64,000 nt of DNA from Perkinsus chesapeaki ATCC PRA-425 (taxonomy: Eukaryota > Protista > Perkinsozoa), in NCBI GenBank assembly GCA_013115145.1, contig JAAPAO010000001.1:62001-126000 (forward strand). The letters are read 5' to 3'. Under the pieces are notes generated by a model that was given only the letters and a program-made list of their open reading frames with translations, did not search any database and was not told the DNA's origin. A program made the translations under genes and the position numbers. Within the stretch, counting starts at the first letter, position 1. Each line of letters opens with the position of its first letter. Below, one piece after another: positions 46,465 through 59,150 of the stretch.

Positions 46465-49400
46465 ATGATACAACGCTTGAGCTTGCTGCTGTGGATTGCT
46501 GCTGCTATCGGGAGAGCGGATGAGGTGAACAGGAATATCAGGATCGATCTGGCGATCGGACAGGCTTCATTTTTAGGACATAATGGATGATGAGAATATC
46601 CACGAGCTTCTGGCTCATCGTGCACAGCTACCCACTATGCAGGATACAGAGGTACCAGCGTTGGGCCGTCGACTACTTCACCTGTGAAAATTTGCATTGG
46701 CTCCGACCAATACTGACGGGGGTATCTTTGGCTGTGGCAGGTGAAGAGGTTGGTTGCTCAGTATCCTGATATGGGATCAGAAGAGGAGCTTATACAGATA
46801 CTGTCAAAGGTGAATATTATAGATAACGAAGGAGCAACTTTATAGGCAGGTCGATTCGAGGGCTGAGTTCTCACTCTTTCATAAGAATAGGAGACGAAAA
46901 GGTGAAGGAAAGGGGGTTAGAGCATGCGAGGAAACTGGATATTACTCTGATGCTGACAATTATGATTGCCATGAGAGAAGGTGAGGGAAGATTACAGTAC
47001 CTGGGCTGCGGTGGAGGCTATGGCAGGTATAAGATGATCAAGGGGCTATTCGAACCTGAGAGAGAACTGCATGAAAAGTCGAAGCAATTGCAAGCTAATA
47101 TCACGGTAATGCATTGACACTGTGGCTCTATGGCTCAACTTGTTACCCTCAGACTCTACAGGCCGACTGGGATGCGGCAGAGGCGAATCTTGACAAGCTT
47201 ATGGGGTACACATGTAAGTTGTAGCCTTATTTTGCTATTGGCACTCTGTGTCCCTCAGATGGCCCTGGATCCAGTAAAGCGTCCCCGAGCACTACCGAGG
47301 GTTTAACACATCAAATAGGCCTCCTTTCGGGGGCTATATATGAGCTCAACTCAGCTGCGGTTAGGCGATTGGAGGGGACTAGCGTGGCACATGGCGGTTT
47401 AGGTCGCCAGTGCCGATGAGCTTTGGGCTGAGCTTGATAAAATCCATTTTGGATATGTCGCCGATGTCGACCAGTATAAGGCGGAGATGAGCACCGCACT
47501 CAATAATGTAAGGGATCGAAAGTGTTAGGTTGTGGATACGCGATGGGAAAGCTACTTGTTTAGCTACTAAAAGGAATATCTCAACTGGCAAGGCAGCAAT
47601 CGGATGCTCAAATGAGGAATACCATTATCCTAAATAGGCAGGGGAATAAGGCATTGAACGACATGGTGGATACTATAAACAAGAATCAGGTGGGGAGTGG
47701 GTTGGAGGGAAGGGCTTGAACTTAGAAGGGGTGTGTTTTAAGGTTAAAGTCGAAACCGAGGTGAAGCAAGCTGATTCGGAGAAGGCAAGGATGGAGAAGG
47801 TTACGTCGCAGAGCCTCGATGATGCAGAAGATGCTCTGTCGGGCCTCTCTGGTAGGCTGTAGATCTTTTGCTAGACACTTCTTAACGGAAGGTTTTTAGA
47901 TGAAGTTGCCGAGCTGCCTGAGGTTCAAGAAGAAGCCCGAGAGAAGGTAGAGAGGGAGCTGGATGAGAAGATACAGGACAATGCGGCGAAGACCAGTGAG
48001 GAGCAGCACAAGCTGGTTGATTCATATAGGTAAGAGACTCTGGGGGAGATGGGCGCGGGCAGGGTTGGTGATAGGAATGACGGTGAAAAGAAGATTGACA
48101 GCTTTGTCAAGGATGGAGATGCCTCTATCGAGAACCAATTCAAAGCCTGGGAGGTGGGACTAGTTTAGGATATATGGAAAAGTTGGTATGATGTAGGATG
48201 AAGAGAAGAAACGACGTGCTGTGGTGGAGGGACAGGTATCGGAGGAAGATGCCAAAGTGCAGGGCCGACAGGTGAGGTCCCATCTCGGGGGGAGACGGAA
48301 AGGCTGACTTGGTGTTTAGGAGGCGTTCAAGAAGGAGTTTGACGCAGCCGATGCGAAATCCCAGAAGACCGCGGAGGATTTTGCCCGTAAGCCTTGGGAA
48401 GGGGAAAGTTGGTCGTGAAATGACACTGTTGTGAAGGTGAGACGGAAAAGGAGTGGTCGGATCAAGAGAAGGTGTCATCGGATATGGCAAGGTCCATGAG
48501 GGAGGTCAGAGGTGAGCTCAGCTGGGTCCTGTGATCGATGGAAGCTTGTGTCTTAGGGATGCTCGATAGTTTCTCGTCAAATACGGAAAAGGAAGCACAC
48601 GAGTTGACTGTGGAAGCTCGGCAGAAGCAAGCTGCATTGAAAAAGGAAATCTTTGAAACTATAAGTGAGCGTTGCTAGAAGTGTCGGTGGTTGTTGCTAT
48701 GGGTCGTTGGCTGTTAGACAGCGCTGGTGTGAGCCTAGGAGACGTTCTGATGTCGATGGATAAATCGCTGTCTGCTGCTGATAAGGATATATTCTCGAGC
48801 TCCAATGAGGCAAAGACCAGAGTGATGAGTAAGAGAGCATGCTGGATCATCAAAGGCCTATTTCTGTGGTATCAGCAATGATCCGGGACGCCTTCCGGGA
48901 GGGAGGGGAGAAAGGCGCAAACATGGCTGCCGTGCTGAAGGACCTCCTTGGTGGTATAGAGCATGGGGAGATGTCATTGTCGAGCGATGTGAAGGCCAAG
49001 AACACAGAGGTTGAGTAGGTTGCAGTGGAAGTTGGAGGGTGGACAGCAGCAGATGTTGGTTGTTTGTTGTTTAGAGCGGAAACTTTTCAAGTAGGAGAGA
49101 AGCTTCAGATGGGTATGGAGGAACTCTCAGAGATACTAGCTCGAACCGCTAGGGAAAGTTCCGCAGAATCGAGGCAAGTGAAGGACTCGGCCGAGGTGAG
49201 CAGAACGGTTGGACGGAGAAGGTCCAGAGCCTGTATTGATGTAGGGAGCCATATATCGGGATCGAACTGAGTTCGAAGGGAAGCTGGGAAGTTTGGAAAA
49301 GCAGAGCGCTACGAATGTTAGGGGAGCGGATTCTGAGATCCAACGGAACTACCAGGTGAGCTTGGGGTGGTGGTGAAGCTTGATAGTCGTCGTATGACAT

Positions 49401-52400
49401 CTGTTAGGGATTGCTGAAGATGGTGACCGATGCTGGTGGCAGCGCCGAGGATCTGGTGCAGGCCTTGAGGGGTTTAGCGATCGAAGAGGGGACACTTAAG
49501 GGTGATCTCCTCACAGAAAAGCGCAGGTCCTCGGAGAGCTTACAGCGATTGGCTCGGTTACTCTCTACCAGTGAGGGCGAGTTAGTAGGGAATCTCTCAG
49601 CTCGGTTATTGGCTGCTATGTTACCTGTACTAGGCTTCGAGGCTAACGGCCTTCTTGAGGGCATCCAGCTCAAGTATGAGTGACGCTATGAAAGATGAGG
49701 ATAACAAGGCGACTAGAGCATTCCAAGGTGTGGCAACGGAGGCGAGCCAAGGCATTAAGGCAAGCTACTTCACTGCACATTGGGCTCTATTATTTCATCC
49801 ATGGTCATACGTTTGTTACTGCCACTGATGTCTACGGTGTATCATCATCATCATAGTACGTTCGAAGGTATAGTGTTATTCCTCAGAGCTACGAGTCTGC
49901 AACCCGAAGGATTGAAGGAGAGATAGGCTCTAGTCTGTCCTTGGATCAGCAGAAGGCCCGCATACTTCAGCAAGAGCTTAGGAACGTTGACACTTCAATG
50001 GAGGACCTGGTGAAGTCTCAAGAGGCCGAACTGATGAAAGAAAAGAACGTCTTCACTGAGGGACTGGCGCAGAGCAACTCTCGAGCTGATACGGCGTTGG
50101 CTCAAGTGCAGGCTGAGCTAGCAGGAAATGAAGGGAAAATGGAGGAGGGTCTGAAGAGCATGGTAGGCATGATGAGAGCTGTACATCTGTGCAAGGTGTG
50201 GTTCCAGCTCGAATCAAGAATGTTGAGCGCCGAGAAGAGAGCACGTGATGTTGAAACTCGAGCCGAATCTGAGATAGATTCGGCCAATAAGAAGTATTTA
50301 GCGGAAAAGACGAACTCAGCTGTAAGTTGCGGTATTAATGCTGTCCGCTGATATGATGATGCGATGACAGGTTTTAGAAAAGAAACTTCGCGATGATAGT
50401 GAGATGTTCCAAAGAGCTTCGGCGGGGTGAGAAGTACGAAGCTAGTGAGGCAAATACTGCTTCATAGTTACTATCGACAGTTGGACGGTGTGATGAGCTC
50501 GGTTGATGCCCAGAAGCGACAGTTCGAGGACAGCTTCATGAACCTCATGGAGCGCTTCGGGTGAGGTTGATTGGAGCCACGGTGGCGATGTTGTAGAGTT
50601 GCACATTTATGACAGGGTCCTTTCCCATCATGAAACCGAGAAGTTACGTAACTTAACGCGTGTCTTCGAGGAGAGGATTGTGAAGTTACCGCAACTCATG
50701 TCGCAAACAGCTCAGGATATTGAGGTGAGAATGGGCTTTGCCTACGATGCGTTTGCGTGCAAAAGTTTTGTGTCCACGCCTGTCTCCTTCTTAGCGCGAC
50801 TTCACTATATCTCAGCAGCAAATTGAGACTCGTTTGAGCGAGCTGCAGCATCAGGCAATGAATGCGGAGACGGAGGAAGAGAGAGCAAGAGCCGTCCAAG
50901 CCCTTCAAGTATTTTAGCTTCTTCTATAAAGCACAAGCTGCAGGACATCATCGACCTTAGGCGCTGGAACAGATGCGAGCATTGGCCGAACGTGTCAGGA
51001 CTGCCAACACTGCTTTGAAGCAGAAAATTCTCAATGGTGTGAACACTGCAGCTCAGATGTGGTTGACTAACTGCTATTAGGGGAGCAAATAGACAGTCGG
51101 CAGGTTGATGCTCTTCAAACCAGCATGAAGAGTGTCATTGGCAATCTCGAGTAGGGTAGCGTTAATCTGTGTATCACTGTAGAGTGTCCTATTGCCTGTA
51201 GAATACTAGACGCCCATCTGAATGGTGAGACAACTCATCTCCAGGGAGAGGTTGAGAATGTAGCCCAACGGACAAGTCAGCTCTTCCATGGTGAGTAGCT
51301 GAGCCTGAGGACATCTTAGTGCACGAGCGGGGTTGCAGGCCTCGAGTCCGCTATGAATCAAACTAATGCATTGCTCGATCGAGAACAAAAGGAATCCGAA
51401 ATGTCCACTCGCTTCGCCATCCAGGTGAGTACAATAGGGCATTGTGCGATTCTCAAGCAGCGCTACTCTACCATGCTTTAGACGACGGAGATCAATAATA
51501 AGCGACGGATAGACAGTGTGGCTGGCTCTGCGAAGGAGGCGGATCACTTGATCAAAACTGAGAACAAGGAGCTATGGATACTAGAGCATGAGCAAAAGAA
51601 TAACATATCAAGGGTGTAGGTCATCACCTCTTATACATTGCTATATTGGTGACCTGTGTATCTGTCGGATATGCGTATTATCATCGTTGACAAGCTGTTC
51701 GCCTATTGGAGCTAGATCCTCGTACTTGTTTACAATGTTATATTGAGATAGTAGTACTGTTGTCACTGACAGCGTGTGTGAGTATTAGTTAGTATACGTG
51801 CCTGTGAACATGGAAGGCTTGACAACATACTTGTGAATTTGCAAACCTTGCCTCCCCACCGCTTACTTGCCCTATCCAATTTTGCTATTGGTCAGGTATG
51901 ATAGTATTAAGGATATGAAGGAGGGCATTGAGCATCGTATAGGATTACTCATGGATGAACTGGCTAAGAACCAAGCTATGGTCAGTACCACCACACGTCG
52001 ACGACGACTACAGGTTTTGTCGTTTAGGTTGAAACCGAGGCGCAAGGGCAGGAGGGAGACGTTGCCATCCGGCTTGGTTTGGTGCGGCAAGCAGTCGGCC
52101 ACTTCCTGGGCCTTTGGAGAGACTTCTCTGCTGTTATGTCATCGAAGTTTCAGCGCTTCCATCAAGTGAAGCGGACAATCTTGGCGAGACATGATTGGCT
52201 TATTCTTAGGCGGACGCAGAGTTCATAGAGCAGCTGGATATGCAAGTGAGGAACGAGTTGGCTAAGAACGAGGATGTCGTGGTGCAAGCAATGGAGAATG
52301 TGAGTGCCTTCAACAGTGGATGGTTGTTGCCGCCGTACAGTTGATTAGGTGAATAAAGTGCATAAGGAGCTGGATAAGGGGTACCAGGAAGAAGCTGAGT

Positions 52401-52770
52401 TCGAGAAGTAAGCCTTTGGAATAGAAAGAAGTATTAGACTCGCTTTATTAGGTATATGACAGAACATATCAAAAAGCTACAGGAAAGGCAACGGGCAATT
52501 CACGACCATCGAAACGAACTTCTATTGAAAGCCAAAGCTGAGCTTGTCGAGCTTCAGCGCAAACAGCAGCGGATGGATGCAGGTAGGAGTTCGCGGCTTA
52601 CCTATCGGCAGCTTACCAGTGTCGTTGATTCTAGAGGAGCGGAAATACGTTCGCGACAACATTGCTAAGTTCGAGGAGGATATGACTAAGAAAGCTAATG
52701 AGGTAGAGATACATTCGTGGCCCTTGTCATCATTGTCGATTCCCAGGTTCTCCAAAGCGCCGCCCGCTGA
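46465..52770 (+). CDS. Giant secreted acidic coiled-coil protein, paralog B
   Basis: Signal peptide MIQRLSLLLWIAAAIGRADE|DIMDDENIHELLAHRA. Exons are collinear with A and C (VDSRAE, ACEETGYYSDADNYDCH, NAETEEER, KNNISRV, DVAIRLGLVRQA). Ends VLQSAAR*. Confidence 0.8.
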
Positions 52771-52952
52771 TCAGCACTGCTTGGTCTATACGGCCTTCCT
52801 GCTGCTGGCATGAATCATGCTGCCCCCACCAAATGGTGCTACTGCTGCCATTGCTTTGCTGTCGATGGAATATGATATTGTGTTGGTTAATTTGAAAGGT
52901 GTATGACCGAATCGTTGAAGCTATTACTTTTAATACTTTTTTAATTGTATAA

Positions 52953-55900
52953 ATGCTGCTAGTGTTCAAATTGCTATCAGCCTTCGGCACCGCAGCTGTG
53001 ATGTGTCGGAGCTTCTCTATTGAGGTGAGATACCATTTCAAAGGCGTAGAGGAAATGTGGATTGATGATGGCAGGCTGATGATGCCCTGGACGTGGACGA
53101 TACTGATCTCTCCTCGCTCCTGGCCCACCGTGCACACTTGCCTAGAGCTGGAGATGATGAGGTAACCTGTGTAGTGGCGATGATCAGTTCAGCTTGTTCG
53201 GAGCCTTCAGATAAGTCGACTAGTTGCTGAGTATTCTGACGTTGGTACCGAAGAAGAGCTCATGGAGATTGTAAGGGAACTTCTGGTCCAATTGGAGATT
53301 GCTTGTGGCAGGTGCGCAAAGTCGATGCTCGAGCTGAGATGGCGATGATGTATAAGGGAAGACGGCGCAGGGGTGAGCCACCAGGAGTTCTGGCCTGCGA
53401 GATGCTGGGCGTCTACTCGGATGCTGATAACTATGACTGTCACATGAGAAGGTGGGGACGGGCATCATGGTTGTTGTTGTTGTTGTTGATGTACAACTGG
53501 TCGAAACTATTGGAGTTTTCAGATATCGCGAGATCCAAGCCACATTCGACCCAGAGCAGACTGTACACGAGGAAGCCTCTCAGATGCGAGTGAAGGCTGA
53601 TGTAGGCTGATGATGATGATGAGTTGCTTCTATACTGGATTCATTCTTCGTTATGTCAGACGCTGAAGACTGAATGGGGCCGTGCGGAGACAGCGCTGGA
53701 TAAGTTGATGGAATATACCTGTACGGCAAGGCCGCTATGGTAGAGTAGGAGGCCAACTGCTGCTGTTCAGATGGCAAAGGAGGTTCCAAGTCCAACCCTT
53801 CTACGAAGGACGGCTTAACCCATAAGTTCGGTCTTGCATCGGCTGCTCTCTACGAGTTACACGCTGCAACGGTGAGCATGATCCAGAGAAATTGGAGAGT
53901 GCACGGGTGATGGTTGTTAGGCAACGGCTGCCGATGAGATATGGGCAGAGTTTGACAAGATCCATTTTGGCTACTCGGCTGATATGGACGATCTCAAGAC
54001 CGGTGCCGTCCATGCCTTCAACTCGGTAGGGAAGTGTTGATAGTTACGAGAATATCATTGCGGCCATTTGATTCAGCTTATTACTGGCATTCAAGATGTT
54101 ATCCGAGGACAAGCTGATGATCAGATGAAGAATCAGGTCACACTGAACGAAGATGCAAATGCGAAACTCTCCAACTGCACAAAAGGAATTAACCGGAACC
54201 AGGTGAGGGGGGAGGCTTGAGGAGTGACAAGTCTGGATGGATACGAGCAGGTTGAGATTGAGCGAGCAGCTAAGGGAGTAGAGAACCAGAAAGACAGATT
54301 GGAGGCAACAGCAGAGAAGTCTTTGGACGACGCTGAGGACACTTTGACGAATATTGCCGGTAAGCTTGAAAGGTATTTTGCGCGTGGCTGCTGAGCGGTG
54401 ACGTAGATGAGTTGGCTGAAGTACCAGTGAAGGATATGGAGGAGAGAGACAAAGCGTCAGATGAAGTACGTCATCAGATGGAGAAGGATGAGGACCAGAC
54501 AGAAGCTGAGATGGAGAAATTGGTCGCTGGATATGAGTAAGACGACGATGACGATCGAGAAGCGAGCTCTAACACTGCTGTGGTTTCATCAGGGAAAAGG
54601 CCGATAAAAAAATGGATCAGTTCGAGGAGGGTACGACCAAGCAGATCGAGAATCAGGGCGCTGATTGGAAGGTGAGAGATGTGACAGTTGCGGGTCAGAT
54701 GTGTCAATGTGATTGGCTTCAGGCGGAGGAGGAGAATCGTCGTAAAGGATTGGAGGCAAAGGTTGAAAAGGAACGCCAGGAGCTAGACAAGGCACAGGTA
54801 CCTGAGCAACCAATCTTAGTCACCTGGGGTCCCTCCCTTTAATACAGTTTGCGTTCCTGTCTCTGCTTGCTTGTGGGTTTATACAACTTTCCGCTACTCC
54901 CTCATAATGATAAGCTATAGCGGAAGTTACTCGAGCCATGGTGATGCGTAACTTTACTTTGGTTCAGGGAACGTTACAGAGCGCAATCGGAGATGCCGAG
55001 GAGAAGGCCTCTCATGAAGGCCATGAGTTTGAAAGTGAGCTCGACCACCGAGGCATGATATCATCACTTGGGAGCCTTTACTCGTTCAGAGAAGCATGCT
55101 GGTCGATGGGCAGAGTTCGAGCAGCTTGCCGCTGACATCGGCTTGAGCAGTGAAGAGTTCGAGAGTGAGTCAGCCAGAGCGATCATGGATTTAGGATTCC
55201 GTCACTTGTCAGAAATGGTGGAACAATTCGGGCTGGAGACCGAAACGGGAACGCACGAACTTGAGGAAGAGGCGAAGCGGAACCAAGCCGGGCTTAAGAA
55301 CGAGTTGTCCGATAAAATAAGTAGACACTGAGAGGCTCTAGGGAGGGCTTGAGGGCTCGACACCGCGGCATTTGATCTCAGGCGCAACTGGCGGTGGAAT
55401 AGCTGGCATTCTTGGCTCGTTGTTCTCTGCACTCGCTGGAGCTGAACAGGATATTTACGGAACCTCCGAAGGGGCTAAGCATGATGTCTTGAGTAATACA
55501 ACCTGCTGCTGTTGCTGCTGCTGCGTGAGGCATGGTATGCCGAGGAATGACACTCCACTTGTTTTTAGAGAGCATCAGGAAGACTTTGGAAGAGAGCGGA
55601 TTGGAGAATACGAAGATTGGGCAAGTGCTGGGAAATTTCATTGATGGTGTTCTCAAAGGCGAGAAGGGTCTAGCCTCAGATCTGCTAATGAAGCTGCAAG
55701 GAGTAGAGTAAGTCTAAGGGAAGGCAGGCTTATCGGCAGAGCGATGTGTGTGTCAGTATCGAGGCTCATGAAGTTGGGGATAGTCTCCAAGGTGGGGTCA
55801 TGCATTTGTTGGACAATCTGGGCCATAACGAAGCGAGAGCGAATCTGCAGGCTCATGGTATAAAGACGGACGTCGAAGTAACCCGACGCCAGCTTGAGAG

Positions 55901-58900
55901 ATTATCACTTTTAACTTTAGAACTCCTTGCATAACGGAGTCAATGGCTTGGACGGTAAACTGACAGGATTGAATCACGCTGTGCTCACTGCTGAAGAGGA
56001 GACCACCGGTCAGATGAACAAGGGGCTTCATGTGAGCCGCAGCAGGAGTTTCTGAGGTGGATATTTTCCACTGTGGCTGCTTTTAGTCGATCCTCCGCGA
56101 GCTGGGGGACGTAGGAGATGCGGCTGATGGGCTGTTCCAGGGCCTGACGGGCTTATCTCACGATGAGCACCAGCTAAAGGGAGACGCTCTGACTGGAAAT
56201 CGAAGGATTTCTGTGAACGAACGAAGACTCGCCCAGCGACTTGCTCAAACAGTGATGGGTCTGGTAGGGATGATGCGGGAGATGTGAGGTGGCGATTTAA
56301 TAGGACAATTCAGGGAGCACAGCTGATGCAGTTCGTTACCGGCTCAGAGGGGAGCCTGGCCGCCAGCATGCGTAATGAAGATATGAAAGCTGGGAAGGAG
56401 TTTGGCGTCGTGGCTGGAGAGTATGGTCTGGGAATCAAAGTGAGTTTATAACAGCATCCACTAGTGAAGACGAAGATGATGGTGATGTGTCTCTGTCAGG
56501 ACTACGAGGGCACCGGTAAAGAGGGCTACACTGAGTTGAAGAGTCGGTTGGGCAACGATGCGATTCGAGCGAAGGGGCTTGAAGGCGACCTTGGGCTAAC
56601 TGAAGAGCAGCTAGCTAAACTGCAGCGAGGAGAACAAGTGAACTTGGATGATGAGAACAAGGCATACGAGAACTACCTTTCACAAAACACCGCTAAAACG
56701 GGTGCTGAACTGGAAGGAATCAGAGCCAGGCTTGTCGGTAGCGAGGGACAGATTGAGCGGGAGTTGAGGGATGAGGTGAGATGATGATGACTAAAGACAT
56801 GAAGAAGAGTATATGGGTTCCAGATGGATTCGGCAGCCCAGAGATCTGAGCAAGAGGCTCGCAAAAGAGAGGCTGAAGCTGGCAGAACTATTAGTGCTGC
56901 TGAGAGAAAGCTGCAGTCGGAACGCTCCGATGATGCGGTAAGACGGGAAGAATCTGGCGTATTTGAAACGATTGTCTCAGGGAACCGAACGCAAGATGGA
57001 GGAGGATGCCGATCGGTTTAATAGGGATAAGGATGGCACTGAAAAGGACCTTGATGACGTTATGAAGGATATTTCTGGGGAAGACACAAAGTTCGATGCT
57101 GACCACAAGGACCTCATGGACAAGTTCAGGTTTGAAGGGTTTCAACAATGGTAAACCGAGATAACGGATGTTGTGCTTTAGCGAAGTGCAAGGGAAAGAA
57201 CAAGAAGATCTGAATAAATTGACAGCGACCTTCGAAGGCCGAGTTAACGCTCTACCTAAAACCGTTGCGTCGAGGATGAAGGAGCTCCAGGTGAGGAATT
57301 CAAACACAAGGAACGCTGGTCATGTTTATGGTTCAGAAAGAATTCTATGCATCCCATACGGCTATCGATAAAAGAATTGCAGAGCTGCGTCATCAAGCCG
57401 CGAATGCCGAGACTGAAGAGGAACGAGAAGCTGCCAGAAAGAATCTTGAGGTGGGTGGCGGCGGCGGCGCAGCGTTGATGTCGATGAAGACAAGGAGGCT
57501 TTGCTTGGGCCATTCAGGCTTTGGAAAAAATGAGGGAATTCGCCGATAAAATAAAGGCGGCTGACGATGCGATGAAGGCTAAGATACTGAGAGGTTGGGA
57601 TAGAAGGGAATCCCTATGAGACATGGTGTATTGTAGGAGAGGAAATCGATGAGGAAGAGTTGCTGGCTGTGCAGGATGGCATGAAGGCAGTTGTTGGGAA
57701 TTTAGAGTAAGTAGAGATGGCGGCGATCTCTTTACGCTGATGACTCTTTGATGCTGTTAGGAACATCGAGGGCGACTTCAATGGCAACGGTGACACGTTG
57801 AATTTGGAGTATGGAGACGTTGAGAGAAGACTGGGGAGCCTATATAGTGGAATGGGGGCCTCTGTTACTGAAGGCGTGTCGGTGCTGGACCGAGAACGAA
57901 GGGAAGCTCTAACGGGGACCCAATTCGACATCCAAACTTCTGAGCTAAATAACAAGCATCGTCTCGACGGCCTAGGAGCTGATACGAATGGGGCGAAGCA
58001 TATATCTATTTTGGAGAATCAGGAATTTCTCGCTCTGGAGCACGCACAGAAGAACAACATCACGAAAGTGTAAGACAAACGACTACGACGGGAGGCGCTC
58101 TGAAGTCATGGTCACTATTTAATCAATTCAGACAAAGTGAATTGCGAGACATGAAGCAAGGTATAACAACACGCATATCAAATGTTATGACAGAACTAGC
58201 TAAATCACAATCGAGAGTACGTGAGATTGGAAAGGAATGAGCGTAATACTATTAGTATTATTGGGTAGATCCACCGATCTGTGAACGAAGACGAGGCTGA
58301 CATAGCATTCCGCCTTGGTCTAGTGCGACAAGCAGTAGGTCAATTTTTGGCCATTTGGAAAGACTATGCCAACAGCATGCATAAGAAGCTGAACAAATTC
58401 CATCAGGTGAATCGTTGATCATCTCGATAGGTATTGGTATGACTGATGGAGTTCTCCTCAGACGGATCTCGAAATATTAGAATTGATGGTACAGGCAAGT
58501 CGCAAGGCTCAGGATGATACAACACGGAAAGTGGAAAAAGCAGCGGCAAAGGTAACGACAAAAAACCCTTGCCTATATTCATATCACTTCTATCAGGTAT
58601 CGAGTTATGATAGGCAGCTGGATGAGGGCTATAAAGAGGCTCGAGAGTTTGCTGAGTAAGCCACACCAACAACAAGTGAAATGTCGGTCGTATTCTGCCG
58701 CCTTCAGATTTACCGACTCGCAAGTATCAAAACTGAAAGAGGAAGAAAAGGAGGCTCAAGAGAGGTCTAAATCTGTGATGGAGGAGTCTACCAAGGACCT
58801 CGAACAGATGATCGACACTCAAGAGAAGTTGAATGAAGGTAGATAGAAAAGCACGTCATTGGCACCGCGAAGATCACCTTCAGATCAAATGCACGCCGCC

Positions 58901-59043
58901 ACTCAAGCGTTCCAAGACTTCCGGGCAAATTTGGAGAAGAATGCCGCAGAGGTGAGAATGCCGCCTGTCGTTTTCGACTACTGTTTCGTAAGGTTCTCGA
59001 GAGTGCTGGAATTGAAGCTGCAGGGAATGCAGCAGCATTTTAG
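52953..59043 (+). CDS. Giant secreted acidic coiled-coil protein, paralog C
   Basis: Signal peptide MLLVFKLLSAFGTAAVMC, then DLSSLLAHRAHLP, VDARAE, ACEMLGVYSDADNYDCH, NAETEEER, KNNITKV and DIAFRLGLVRQA. Ends VLESAGIEAAGNAAAF*. Confidence 0.8.
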
Positions 59044-59150
59044 CGTCCTTGTGGGACATGCCAATTCCGATGAATTACGCGGTTGTAATCTTGTGTGGCG
59101 ATTGCGTTATTGGAGTTTCAACACAACACAAAGGGGGTGAAATATGCATT

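Noticed and set aside
50098-50107. TTGGCTCAAG, matching the 3' end of the dinoflagellate/Perkinsus spliced leader
   Set aside because: Only 10 nt match, it lies inside a coding exon (LAQV), and the upstream bases do not match. Not an SL relic.
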